Shown here: positions 36,971-48,847 of the stretch, piece by piece | How positions within the stretch are numbered: position 1 is the first letter of the stretch | How the letters are laid out: each line of letters starts with the position of its first letter | Assembly (NCBI RefSeq): GCF_039654945.1 | Contig: NW_027361675.1 | Coordinates: forward strand, 61,070,001-61,134,000 | Length of the DNA: 64,000 nt | Source of the DNA: Dendrobates tinctorius | Lineage: Eukaryota | Direction of reading: 5' to 3' | Position numbers and translations under genes: made by a program | The notes under the pieces: generated by a model | The model's input: only the letters and a program-made list of their open reading frames with translations | Told to the model about the DNA's origin: nothing | Databases searched by the model: none

Positions 36971-38319
36971 TTGGGTCAGCCTTGGTCAGATGGAAAAGAC
37001 GTGAAAAGTGAACAATTCTATCGGAAAGAACATTAGCTGTTAGTCATTATCTATAACTGTACTGTGATCTCTTACATGTTCTGTAGGACTGGTATCTACC
37101 ACTGACCATATAGCGGTAATATACATGTTGGTCTTTATGGTCTTTATATAGAGATTATTTTCAGTAACAGGGTCATCTGTAGAGGTTCTCCTCCACTAAT
37201 AGGGTGCGTCACCCAGTTGTAATCAAGGTTACCTGGTCATGGGCCAACTGAGAAGTTTCACCCCCTCGAGCCAAAACCCACGCTGTACCTCATTCATCCC
37301 ATTCCTTGTTCATCCCATTGTCCAGGACAGATATAGCTTCGCATTATTTCTACATTTTTAAAACAATTGTAAAAACACAAATTTAGCAAGCGCTGAAAAG
37401 AATAAAAGTGTGGACATAATACAAGTGTCTAAGATGGAGTGAACCATGCTGTGCTTATAATGCTCACTTGTGGCTGCTAGTCATTAAAATCCTTGACAAC
37501 TCTGTCAATATCTTCGTGACCTTGAAAACACTAAAGACATTAAGTAAAAATCAGTAAATCGACAAAAATTCTGCAGATGACAATTTTCCCCGCTGTTCAT
37601 TTGACAACTTCTTACTTAGGTAATCAATATAGCAATGTGTGCTTTTTGAAAATCTCACAGAACAAACGGAATGGTTACAATGCTTTTAAATTTCTCCTTA
37701 ACAATAATTTCCATTCAAAATTTGCCATATAATAGTAAATTGGAAATTAGACTAGCATTGAAAGTTTGTCATTTATGTTTTATTTACTGTACTTTCTGTT
37801 GGAATTTCTTTGTGTTGGTATGTTGACCATTTTTATTAATATCAGGAAGCACATTTATATTAGTTGTTACCTTTGAATAATGTTTTTGGGATCTGCTGGG
37901 AAGTAGTGGTGCTGCATGGAGCCAAAAAAAGAGCTGATAGAGCTGCTGGACACTACTACAGATAGGGGGATGGTGGGAATTTTGCAGTATAGATTTGAAA
38001 AAAGAGCATCTAGGAATAGATGGGGAAATTTATTATGCTATGTTTTAGCAATCAAGGATGTATGAAGTAATCTTTCTGAAAACCCTGAATTGAGCAATTC
38101 CTTCCCTTTTGTCCACTTTTACAATGATAAATGTTCACAGAATTTGGAAAAAAAATATAAAATATCATTTATTAGAAAAGATTAGAAAAACTTTGTTGCT
38201 ATCTTCCAAAGTAGCACCATGGATATGTCTGGTATTTCATCTTCACCATGTGTTTCTGATCCTGGTCAACTCTTTTAAATTCTATTATATAGAAATTTCT
38301 TGCTAACATTCATTGATTT

Positions 38320-41300
38320 AGAGATTACGTGAATCACATTTGAGTCTAATTTTATAAAATTCTCAGGTCCTGGTGAATTTGAACAATTTGCAATTTGATT
38401 TTCACAAATCAACAAAAAATGCCCACCGCTTTTTCACACATTGCAAAAAATTGGATCAGTCACAGAAGGGTGACATAACGTTATGCACCACTATACGAGC
38501 TTCCCCATAATGCCTTGTAGCTATAGCATCACATGGTATAGCGCATCCAATCTGTAGAGACTATCATAGACTGTATAAAAGCTGAGGCAGGGAATGCAGC
38601 AGCCATTTTAGCATGGTTTTAGGTTAGTGAGAAATTGTCTGATCTCACAGCTTACAAGAAAAGTCCCAAAACACTGAACATGAACTCCAAACAGTAAAAT
38701 GTTGCTAACTGCAGCAATGAAGAAGATGAGAGTAGTAGTCAACAAATAATACAAAGATTTAATTAATGAAAGGAAGGTAAAATAGGGAAGGTGCCAATAA
38801 CAGTTCCAGTGTAATTGATCAGTGATGTGGTGGAGGTGGCATCTGTCCTGCTAAATTTGAATTACAATTAAACATGTTTTCTTAATTTGTAGTAAACTAT
38901 AAACCAGAAGCCACACAGGACAAAATTCAAACTGAGGTTTTGCATTTTGTATGCACCAAGCAACGTGTGGAACAATTACTTACTAAAGTGTGCTACTAGT
39001 GAGTTGTGAGGTCCTCTGGTCTCGTAGGAGTGAGTTCCCTGAACCTGTATACCTGGTCCTGGTGTGGCCAGTCCTGTATCCACAATCCTATAGTCCTGGG
39101 GTAGTCAGTCCTGTATCCATGGTCCCCTGGTCCCGGTGTTGCCAGTCCTGTATCTGTAGTCCCCTGGTCCTGGAGTGGTCAGTGCCTGAACCATGTTCCC
39201 AGTCCAGAAACAGCTAGCACTTGAACCTCTTCCCCTGGTCCCGGAGCAGCCAGTTCCTGAACCTCTTCCCCTGGTCCCAGAGCAGCCAGTGTCTGAACCT
39301 GGTTCCCTGGTCCCAGAGCGGCCAGTGCAGAAATCTTTTCCCATGTTAATGGAGCAACCAGGCCTGAACCTCATCCCCTGGTCCCAGAGTGGACAAAACC
39401 TGAACCTCCTTCCATAGTCTGTGAGCAGTCACTGCCTGAACATTGTCCTCCAGTCTGTGTGTGGCCAAACCCTAATCCAGTATCTTAGACTGGCATGTCT
39501 GAACTTATCCCAAATTAGTGTCAGTAACCTAGCCCTATTCAGTGTCAGCAAACCTCAGCAGCTGTAGTACCAGAATCTGCCCAGGAGTGGTACCTTGCGG
39601 CTTCCTGCAGCTCAGTCTGTCTCCACCATCAAGAGCTCCAGTGAACACAATGTAGCAGCTTAGCTAAGTTCTTTTACTGGACAGGCTCAATCCTGTTGCA
39701 CAATGGGTCTACAAACCCACGTGTGGCATGGCTAAATGCAACACTATATGGTTTGTGGTCCATTTTGGGGTTTTATAACAGTCCAAGAAAGTGTTGAAAA
39801 TTTTGCTGAATTTAATTACTCATCTATATAATTTTATGTGGTCTGTGGTACATTTTCATGCTATATAACATTCCCAAAAAGCATTGAAACATTTTTCTGT
39901 ATTCAATTACTAATCCTTATATGATTACGTGTTATATAACAGTCCATAAAAGCATTGAAAAATGTTTTTGTTTTCAATTGCTCTTCCATATGCTATTAGG
40001 TGGTTTATGGTACATTTCAGTGTTATATAACAGTCCAAAAACAGTTGAAATTTTTCTTCTGAATTCAGTTACTCATCCATTCAGTATTACATGATCTGAT
40101 GGCAGCAAAGATGGCAGAATCATGCAAGACTCCAGGGTGAGTGACCGAAGGAATTTCAGACCCAGAAGAAGCTGGCATAACAGTGGAGGTGGCATAAGCC
40201 TTTTGTCCAGAACCAGCCACTTTACAGGAACCACCAAGGCCCAAACCCTGGCTGCAGCCTACACCACTGAGGTTCTTGTACTGCAGATGGGAGAGCTAGA
40301 ATCCAGGAACTGGAGAGTGACCTGCAGAAGAGACAAGGAGGCGAGCCAGGGTCAGGGCTGGAGAAATGCTAGTGGGCTTTTTAACCGTAAAGTACCGACA
40401 GTTGGAATCCGGAAGGAAGGTTGTTACGTACAACTGGCAGCGGAAATGAGGGTCCATAGAAGAGTTTGGGACCCATCATCACATCCTATTTAACCAGCAG
40501 ACAGTAGAGACGGAACACTTGCCTCGAAGGCTTCAAGGCCTGATAGCTAGAACCAGGGTCATGTTCCTCAAAATATAGGGGCAACATAGCTGGTATGCAG
40601 TGGGTGTGTCCAAAGAAGGAAGGGAGCAACCATTGTAAAATTTGTTAAAAAATTGACTATTGTCATATGTACTCTAGAACTTGTTTTGAGTGAAATTTCA
40701 TTTGTTTGAAATAAAAGCAAAAATAAAAATTAGCCTGCTACAGGTATAGAAATGTTGTCACTCCGTACTTGGTCCCCGGCTGTCACTATTTCTTCCTTTG
40801 TGGCATTCCCGCCTTTTAGCAGCACACATCCAGGAACTGCAACTGTGCCCTTATCAATATGGTTACTCTGATTGTCCACTTAATGTCCAACATGTAGAAA
40901 AGGGCTTCAAGCTAGAAACTCAGCCTCAGCAAAGTGGCTAAACAAAGTACTGGTTGTTCACCCTGCTAGACATACACTACAAGTAGAACTTTGCATCTCT
41001 TCTTCCTGAGGTGGGGAGGCCTTCTAAAATGGTGTCATAACCGAAGCTCAGGTGTAAAATATGTTGAAAAAATTCCCATCAGAAAATTCTAACTGCTGGG
41101 GGCAAGCTTTCTTACCCAACCAAGGAAGAGAGGAGAGGGAGACACACACCAGGTATATCAGGAGCAGGGGTACACTGTAAAAGGCCTGGCCAATTTCATA
41201 ACTCCATTCCAGTGTCCATGCCCTGAAGACATTGAATTTTTTGCAAGGAGGGAAAAGTTTCTAATGATGCTCAAGCATTACTTTGATGACAAAGCCAGCA

Positions 41301-41740
41301 TACGTCCTAATACCTCTGTGCCCTTCTGCTACTAGATTTCAAAACTAGACATTTGGCATGAGCTGTCTCTTAATGCGCTGGAGGTGTCATGCTGCCCTGC
41401 CTCTAACGTCTTGTTGAAACAGTTTTTAGTGCCACGAGGGGGTCATAATAGGCAGCCACTTTCACCTGTCAACACAAAGGCTCACTTTGATAACAGTGAA
41501 CAAAGCCTAGATTAGACATGACTCTTCTACACCACCAGGTTACAGAAGCACAAAAAGTGTTTTAAATGTTCAATATTTGAATGCGTCCCACTTGTTTTTG
41601 CCTTCTAGGGTCTAGGGATGACTGGATGACCCTACTCATATTTTTTTTCCTGGCTTTGCACTGTATGCAAAGCCTTTATGAGTGTAAAGGTACTACAACT
41701 ACACCTTCTTAATTTTTTTATGAGGCACTCCAGGTGGAGC
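38320..41740 (+). mobile_element. Old decayed hAT element (AT-rich tandem array, unidentified ORF relic, C-terminal transposase remnant)
   Basis: 41320-41520 translates to PFCY*ISKLDIWHELS...CPASNVL...VFSA (hAT dimerisation domain). 39750-40720 is homologous in inverse orientation to 60340-61670. Boundaries approximate. Confidence 0.55.
39005..39728. repeat. LTR-like fragment with ~45-bp repeats (CCCTGGTCCCAGAGCAGCCAG)
   Basis: Tandem units 39050-39470. TG...CA ends are only suggestive. Confidence 0.35.
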
Positions 41741-41773
41741 CTTAACCCCTTTTACCAAAATGTGATGTACATA

Positions 41774-42175
41774 CAGTGGGGAAAAAGTATTTAGTCAGCC
41801 ACCAATTGTGCAAGTTCTACCACTTAAAAAGATGAGAGAGGCCTGTAATTGACATCATAGGTAGACCACAACTATGAGAGTTAAAAGGAGAAAACAAATC
41901 CAGAAAATCATCTTGTCTGATTTGGCAAGATTTATTTAGCAAATTATGGTGGAAAATAAGTATTTGGTCATTAACAAAAGTTAATCTCAATATTTTGTTC
42001 CTGTAGAGCAGTGATATTTTGGACCTGTCACTGGGCAACACAGACTTTCAAATCCCTCCAAAGGTTTTCTATGGGGTTCAGATATGGAGACTGGCTAGGC
42101 TCACTCCTTTGTTGCCCTGGTTGTGTACTTGGCATCATAATCATGTTGAAAGACCCATCCACATTTCATTTTCAA
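41774..42175. mobile_element. Tc1 terminal fragment
   Basis: TA-CAGTGGGGAAAAAGTATTTAGTCAGCCACC terminus. Minus-strand QHDYDAKY..SPYLNPIENLW remnant. Confidence 0.75.
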
Positions 42176-43068
42176 ACCAGTCTAGCAAAATCTGAATTCC
42201 AATATGGTGCTTTTTCCTTCTGAGCTTTGCACTGTGCTTCAAAAGTAGTTTTCGACCACATATGGATTATTGGTGTACTCAAGAGAAATTGCACAACAAA
42301 TTTTGGGGTCCATTTTCCCCTGTTAACTTTGTGAAAATAAATTTGTGGCTAAAAGAACATTTTTATTGGGAAAAAAAATGTGATTTTTTAAATTTTCATG
42401 GCTCAAAGTTAATTTCTGTGAAGCACCTGGGGGTTCATAGTACCCACCCACACATCTAGATAATTTCCCTGAGGGGTCTAGTTTCCAAAATAGTGTCAAT
42501 TGTAAGTGGTTTCCACTGAATAAGCACATCAGGGGCTCTACAAATGCGACATGGTGTCCGCTAACTGTACCAGCAAATTTACCATTCAAAAAGTGAAGCT
42601 CCTTCCCTTCTAAGCCCTGCTGTGTGCCAAAACAGTACTTTTCTCCCACATATGGCATATCAGCATACTCAGGAGAAATTAGACAACAAATTGTATGGTG
42701 CAATCTCTCCTGTTACCCTTGTAAAAATGCAAAATTTGGGGCTAAAAAACATTTTTGTGTGAAAAATGTTTTTTCATTTTCACGGCTCAACCTTATAAAC
42801 TTCGGTGAAGCATCTGGGGGTTCATGATGTTCATCACATGTCTAGATAAAGTAACCTGAAGGGTCTAGTTTGCAAAAAAGTGTCTCTTGTGAATAGTTCC
42901 CACTGGTTAGGCACATCAGGGTCTCTTCAAACACGACATGGCATGGTGTCTGTTAATCATTCCAGCAATTTTACATTCAAAAAGTTAAAAGGCGATGCTT
43001 CCCTTTCCGAGCTCTGCCATGTGCCCAGTGGTTTTCCCCCTCACATGAGGTATCAGAGTACTCAAGAT

Positions 43069-43786
43069 TAGAGATGGGCAAACCAGAACAGTAAAGTTTG
43101 TCTTCCATACCGAACACCTACTGTTCGAGCACGGACACCAAACACAGACTTCACGAGGAAGTCCGTGCTACAGTTTGGGTTCGGCTGCCTAAACACCAGG
43201 TGTTTGTCATGATGTCATGTGCATGACAGCGCAGCAAACATTTTCTGATTGGCGATGAAATCATCCCCACTGGTCAGAGCCGCGGTTCCCACACTGTCAA
43301 AAGACAGCATGAGTGCTCAGCTGTGATAGGAGGTATAAAGTTTACCTCTGGTCACTGACATCAGCTGATGGGACTACAGCTCCCATCATCCGACACCTGC
43401 TGCCGCTAATAACAGCATGCACAGGTGCGGCTGATGGGTGTATTCAATAGCTGGCTGCTGCACTGTAAAGAAATAATTTAAAAAAAATTCATGGGGTCCC
43501 CTATATTTTTAATAACCAGCCAGAAAATATGAACCCCACTTGCCACTGCTATAGGGCAAGTAGGAAGAAAAAAGCAAAGCGCCAGAATTGTCTTTTGACA
43601 GCATGGGAACTGTGGCTCACTGAGTGGCGGGGATGATTTCATGCACATGACAGCATGGCAAACACTAGATATTTGGGACCCCCATTCACAAAAATGGGGT
43701 CCGGGTACTGTTCTGGTACCCGAACATGGTTTAACTTTTCGTCCGAACCCGCCTGACCCGAACATCCAGGGGTCTGCCCATCTCTA
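43069..43786. mobile_element. hAT-type MITE
   Basis: TAGAGATGGGCA...TGCCCATCTCTA TIRs. Degenerate 8-bp TSD CTCAAGAT / CTTCAGAG. CCGAAC subterminal repeats. Confidence 0.8.
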
Positions 43787-44353
43787 CTTCAGAGAAATTG
43801 CACAACAGATTTTGAGGCCTATTTTTTTCCTGTTCCCCTTGCAAAAAATAAAAAATTGGATCAAAAGTAAAATTATTGTGAAAAAAGTTACTAAATGTTA
43901 GTTTTTTTCCTTTCACATTCCATTAATTCCTATGATTCATCTGAAGGGTTAATAAACTTCTTGAATAGGGTTTTGAACACCTTGAGGGGTGCAGGTTTTA
44001 GGTATTTTCTGTCATATAGGCCCCTCTAAGTCACTTCAAATGTAATGTGGTCCCTAAAAAAATGGTTTTGTAAATTTTGTTGGAAAAATTAGAACTTGCT
44101 GGTCAATTTTTAACCCTTATTACTTCCTAACAAAAAATTATGTTTCAAAAATTGAGCAGATATAAAGCAGACATGTGAAAAATGTTATTTATTAACTATT
44201 TTGTGTGACTCTGATTTAAGGGCATAAAAATTAAAATTTTAAAAATTGCTAAACTTTCCATATTTTTGCCAATTTTGCAATATTTTCACAAATAAGTACA
44301 AGTCATAACGAACATATTTTTTAAGAGCGATCCCTTGAAATGTTCTAGAGTTA

Positions 44354-45450
44354 CAGTTGCTTCTCACAAAATTAGAATATCATCAAAAAGTTAATTGATT
44401 TCAGTTCTTCAATACAAAAAGTGAAACTCATATTACATAGAGTCATTACAAACAGAGTGATCTATTTTAAGTGTTTATTTCTGTTATTGTTGATGATTAT
44501 AGCTTACAGTAAATGAAAACACAAAAGTCATTATCTCAGTAAATTAGAATACTTTTTAACAACAGCTTGAACATTTTTTTTATAATCCAAAATGTTGGCC
44601 TACTGAAATGTATGTTAAGTAAATGCAGTTAATACTTGGTCGGGGCTCCTTTTGCATCAATTACAGCATCAATGCGGCGTGGCATGGAGGCGATCAGCCT
44701 GTGGCACTGCTGAGGTGTTATGGAAGCCCAGGTTGCTTTGATAGCAGCCTTCAGCTCGTCTGCATTGTTGGGTCTGTTGTCTCTTATTGTCCTCTTGACA
44801 ATACCCCATAGATTCTTTATGGGGTTGGTTAAGGTCAATCGAGTTTGCTGGCCAATCAAGCACAGTGATACTGTTGTTTTTAAACCAATTATTGGTAATT
44901 TTGGCAGTGTAGACAGGTGCCAAGTCCTGCTGGAGAATGAAATTTCCGTCTCCAAAAAGCTTGTCAGCAGAGGAAAGCATGAAGTACTTTAAAATTTCCT
45001 GGTAGACAGCTGTGCTGACTTTGGTCTTGATAAAACACAGTGGACCTACACCAGCAGATGACATGGCTCCCCAAACCATTAATAATTGTGGAAACTTAGA
45101 CCCCAAGCAGCTTGGATTGTGTGCCTCTCCACTCTTCCTACAGACTCTGGAACCTTGATTTCCAAAGGAAATACAAATTTACTTTCATCTGAAAACAACT
45201 CCTTGGACCACTGAGCATCAGTTCAGTTCTTTTTCTCCTTGGCCCCATGTAAGACTCATCTGGTGTTGTCTATTGGTCATAAGTGGCTTGAAACAAGGAA
45301 TGCAACACTTGTAGCCTATGTCCTGGATACGTCTGTGTGTGTGGTGGCTGTTGGAGCAATGACTCCAGCAGCAGTCCACTCCTTGTGAATCTCCCCCAAA
45401 TTTTTGAATAGCCTTTTTTCTTAACAATCCTTTCAAGGCTGCAGTTATCT
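44354..45450 (-). pseudogene. Tc1 element of the same family as 19150-20321, 5'-truncated and frameshifted
   Basis: TA-CAGTTGCTTCTCACAAAATTAG terminus. FSDESKF, VWGAMSSAG, QQDLAP and IASMPRRIDAVI motifs in shifted frames. Confidence 0.88.
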
Positions 45451-45689
45451 CATATATTATGTATGAGTCCCCATGGCTGCATCATTTGCAGCTGTTAGAT
45501 AGCCTGAACAAATGTGTAGGTTCCCTAACAAACAGGCAATCCCTGCATGTGTTGAGGCTGTTTAACAGCCACAAATCATGCAGCCACAGGGATTTGAACA
45601 TAATATACGGGCACGCCCAAGATACTCTGATAACACCAGAGCATGCTCGGATAAGACGTTATCCGAGCATATTTGCTCATCACTATTTC

Positions 45690-47030
45690 TTAACAATCTA
45701 TCAATTAAAAATAGGTCAAAGTAGGAAGCAACTTTGAAGTATAAAGTATGTCTTCCTAGTTTCATCTATTTCTCACAGTTCCCACAGATTTTGGTGGACG
45801 AGTCTGATGCACAAAGTCTGGAGGTGAGTTTTGGATGATTGTCCTATTGTAATACAAATAAAGGTCCCACTAAGTATAAATGAGATGGAATGGCAAGTCA
45901 TTGCACAATGCTATGAAAACCATGCTGGTGTGTCATTAACAAAACACAGATAAAACGCATATCCTCACCTTTTCTGCATTCACAAATACATAGCAGGTTG
46001 GTACCAAAAATCTCACATTTTGACTCATTAGAACAGAGTGCAGATTTCCACTGATCTAATGTCTAGTCCTTGTGTTACTTGGTCCAAACAAGATTTTTTT
46101 CTTGTTTCCAGTGCTATGTAGTGCAGCAATTCTTCTATAAAGTCTTGTGGCTAATTCATGTTAAGATGTGTCTGCTACTTGATGTTTGGGCATGATTTTT
46201 GAGGGCTGCTATCTGAGGTGCTGTTTATTTGTAGTTTTTGACGCTGACTACTCTGATGAACTTATCCTTTGCAGCAAAGGTAATTCTTGGACTCCTTTTC
46301 CTGGGATAGTCCTCATGAAAGTAATATTCAGGATAGCCATTGATAATTTACATGACTGCACTTCAATATATGTTCAATATTCTGCCAATTTTTCAGATTG
46401 ACTGACCTTCATAACTTAAAGCAGTGATGGACTATAATTACGTTTTAATTATTTGAGGTTCTAATGTGTCTTAGGTGGAGGTCAGACTTGCGAGTACAAT
46501 GTGAGAAACTCATGCATCAATACCCGGCACTGCAGTCCGAGTGCCGGTTGCAGTGCTGGGTATTGATGTGAGAGACTCGCACAAGTTTCTTGCATCACAC
46601 TGGCAAGTGTGACCCTGGCCTTAGAAGACTTGTGGAATAGGGTTCAGCACTTAATGGAACTGTGTACCTGTCTCTGTAAAACACACCTGATGGTCACAAA
46701 CACTTTCTAAAGACTGTTGGATTGACAAGTGAACACTTGATGAGGCATACTTGTTTATTGGAAAGCATTGCAAATATTTAACTGATAAAGCTGCTTGACA
46801 AAATGCCAAGAGTATGTAGAGCAGCCATCAGAGTAATATGTGAGTACTTTATGGAATCTAAGGTTTAACACATATTCTGGCTTGTTTCACATGTTTATTT
46901 ACTCTTTGTTTCCATGTGTCCTTTTGTAGTTTTGCTGCCTTCAGTCTGAACCTACAACGTGCATATTCTAATAAGAACAGCGAAAATCATCACGTGAATA
47001 ATTGAGTCAACATGTTTGACCAGTACTGTA
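45690..47030 (-). pseudogene. Decayed Tc1 element of a different family
   Basis: Minus strand gives QWKSALCSNESKCEIFG and HSIVQ*LAIPS...LQ*DNHPKLTSRLC. Terminus ...GACCAGTACTGTA. Confidence 0.7.
46474..46620. mobile_element. 147-bp Harbinger MITE
   Basis: GGTGGAGGTCAGACTTGC...GCAAGTGTGACCCTGGCC with TTA on both sides. Internal palindrome. Confidence 0.7.
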
Positions 47031-48440
47031 TGTATTGGCACAGCTATTTTCTGCTACCTGCGAGTACTATAAAATATATGTTGATTATACTTCCGATCGT
47101 ACAAATCTTAGACTAAGCGAGTCAGAAATGGGGTGTAATTTTGGTTCTTGCAAAATTGAGAATGACATTCAAGAGTTTTATTGATTTTTTAAAAGTAAAT
47201 TAATTTAAAACATACTGTATGTACAGTTACTCAACATATTTATTTCAGTTACTTATGTTACTTATGTAGTACTGACCAATTCTATATCTTTCTACAGAGA
47301 TTGTCGGTCCTTGCCTCCAAGGAGGCTCACAATCTAATTTCACATTGTTATACACCAAGGTCATATATGATAGACAGCCAATTAACCTTTAAATAGTTTT
47401 TTTAAGTCTTGATTGGCACCAAATAATTATGAAGAAACCTACAAAACCACAGCTTTTCAAACCCCTAGGATATTGTTAATGTTGCCTTTGGAAGTTGTAG
47501 CGGGACTCATTCAGACAGCCACTTTAAATGTCATATCAGTCACAATTTCAAAATTAAAATATATTGATATAAATTCAGGGCTAGACATTGGTTTCGTGTC
47601 ATAAAATATCATGACAATGATATATTTCTATGTGTTCTATGCTTTTCGCTTATTGTAATATAATTTTCAAGGTTAAAATTGATTTTTTTTCCAGCTTTTG
47701 AAATGTTTGCATTCTACATGAGTTCTCTTTTTGTCTTCAGATTTATCCTGTTCTTTTTGCAAGTGTCCATTGGGTAAACAAAACAATACATTATCAAATG
47801 CTTGCATACATTCAAAGAAATCTTTTTCAATGGCAATGTTGAAAATACTACATTCATCAAACAATGGCAGCTAGGAAAATATCAGTTGGATAGAAAATTG
47901 AAGTTTTTTGTTCTAGTAGAAAATCGTATGTTGTTAAATACAATTGTATTTTTTTTACCTTTAGAAAGTAGCCCATACTCTTGATTAAGTGAGTTGTACA
48001 GGTGAAACATTTTAATATTTACGCAGAAAACATACAGTACAATCTGATCTGCAAACAATTTATTGAGTAGAAGATGCTGAGCTATGAATTTTGTTGTAAA
48101 AATATTCAGCATAAATTGTAATTTATTCATGAAATATTTGCTCATTTTGGGCTTGGGTGTCCAGTGGGTGGACCTAATAAGTGACTGCCGATTAATTTTC
48201 TATGTAAATATTTGCAGCAAATGTTCTCAATAATTGCGTTACACAACCTACTGAACTCCTAAACCTAGAAAGAGTAGCGACTAGAGTTGAGCGAAACGGG
48301 TCGAAAAAATTCAAAAGTCGCCGACTTTTGGCAAAGTCGGGTTTCATGAAACGAAACCCGACCCTAGGATGAGGTCGGCCACGAGGTCGGCGACTTACGC
48401 GCCAAAGTCGCGTTTCAAAAGTTTGTTTTGCGCTCTTTTT

Positions 48441-48590
48441 CAGCCAATCAGGATCCACGGACACTGTGGGCAACGTGATGACATAGGCACGGGTCACCAC
48501 CATCTTTCAGAAGGGCATGCAAGTGATTGGCTTGCTTTGGTGGGTGTCACAGGGGGTATAAAAGGGCGTGCACGCCGACCGCCATCTTAC
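48441..48590 (+). promoter_or_regulatory. Probable Pol II promoter of the hAT element
   Basis: CCAAT 48444, ATTGG 48526, TATAAAA 48557-48563, YY1-like CCGCCATCTT 48579. Confidence 0.55.
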
Positions 48591-48847
48591 TTCTGCCGAT
48601 CTTAGCATAGGGAGAGGTTGCTGCTGATTCTGTAGGGAGAGCGTTAGGCAGGGAAGAAGACCAAAAAACTGCTTCTGCTGCTAGCGATTTGGCCTGCACA
48701 ACACACCAGTCACTGTGTGTGCAGTGCAAGGGGAGGCTATATAGTGGTGTATCAGTGGTGTTGGTTGTTGGGCTGCCTTCTAAGGCTTCCTGACAGGCTG
48801 GCATTGCTGTTTACCCACTGCTCCGCAAACTGCTTTTTTAAAAGCAA

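Larger units (their letters stand above)
41746..44353. mobile_element. Older TTAA/piggyBac-type element related to 24287-27904, interrupted by Tc1 and hAT insertions
   Basis: TTAACCCCTT start at 41742. Same ~390-bp repeat and the same 3' region (AAGGGTTAATAAACTTCTTGAAT...TTAACCCTTAT). Confidence 0.7.

Noticed and set aside
45779-45830. Apparent host exon (cacag...GAG|gtgagt)
   Set aside because: The opposite strand and adjacent sequence translate as Tc1 transposase (DNHPKLTSRLC), so the splice-like signals are probably coincidental.
47560-48250. Possible host exon or conserved non-coding element (also ~23100-23460 and ~37400-37800)
   Set aside because: AT-rich, non-repetitive-looking DNA, but conservation cannot be assessed from one sequence and the short ORFs are unrecognisable.
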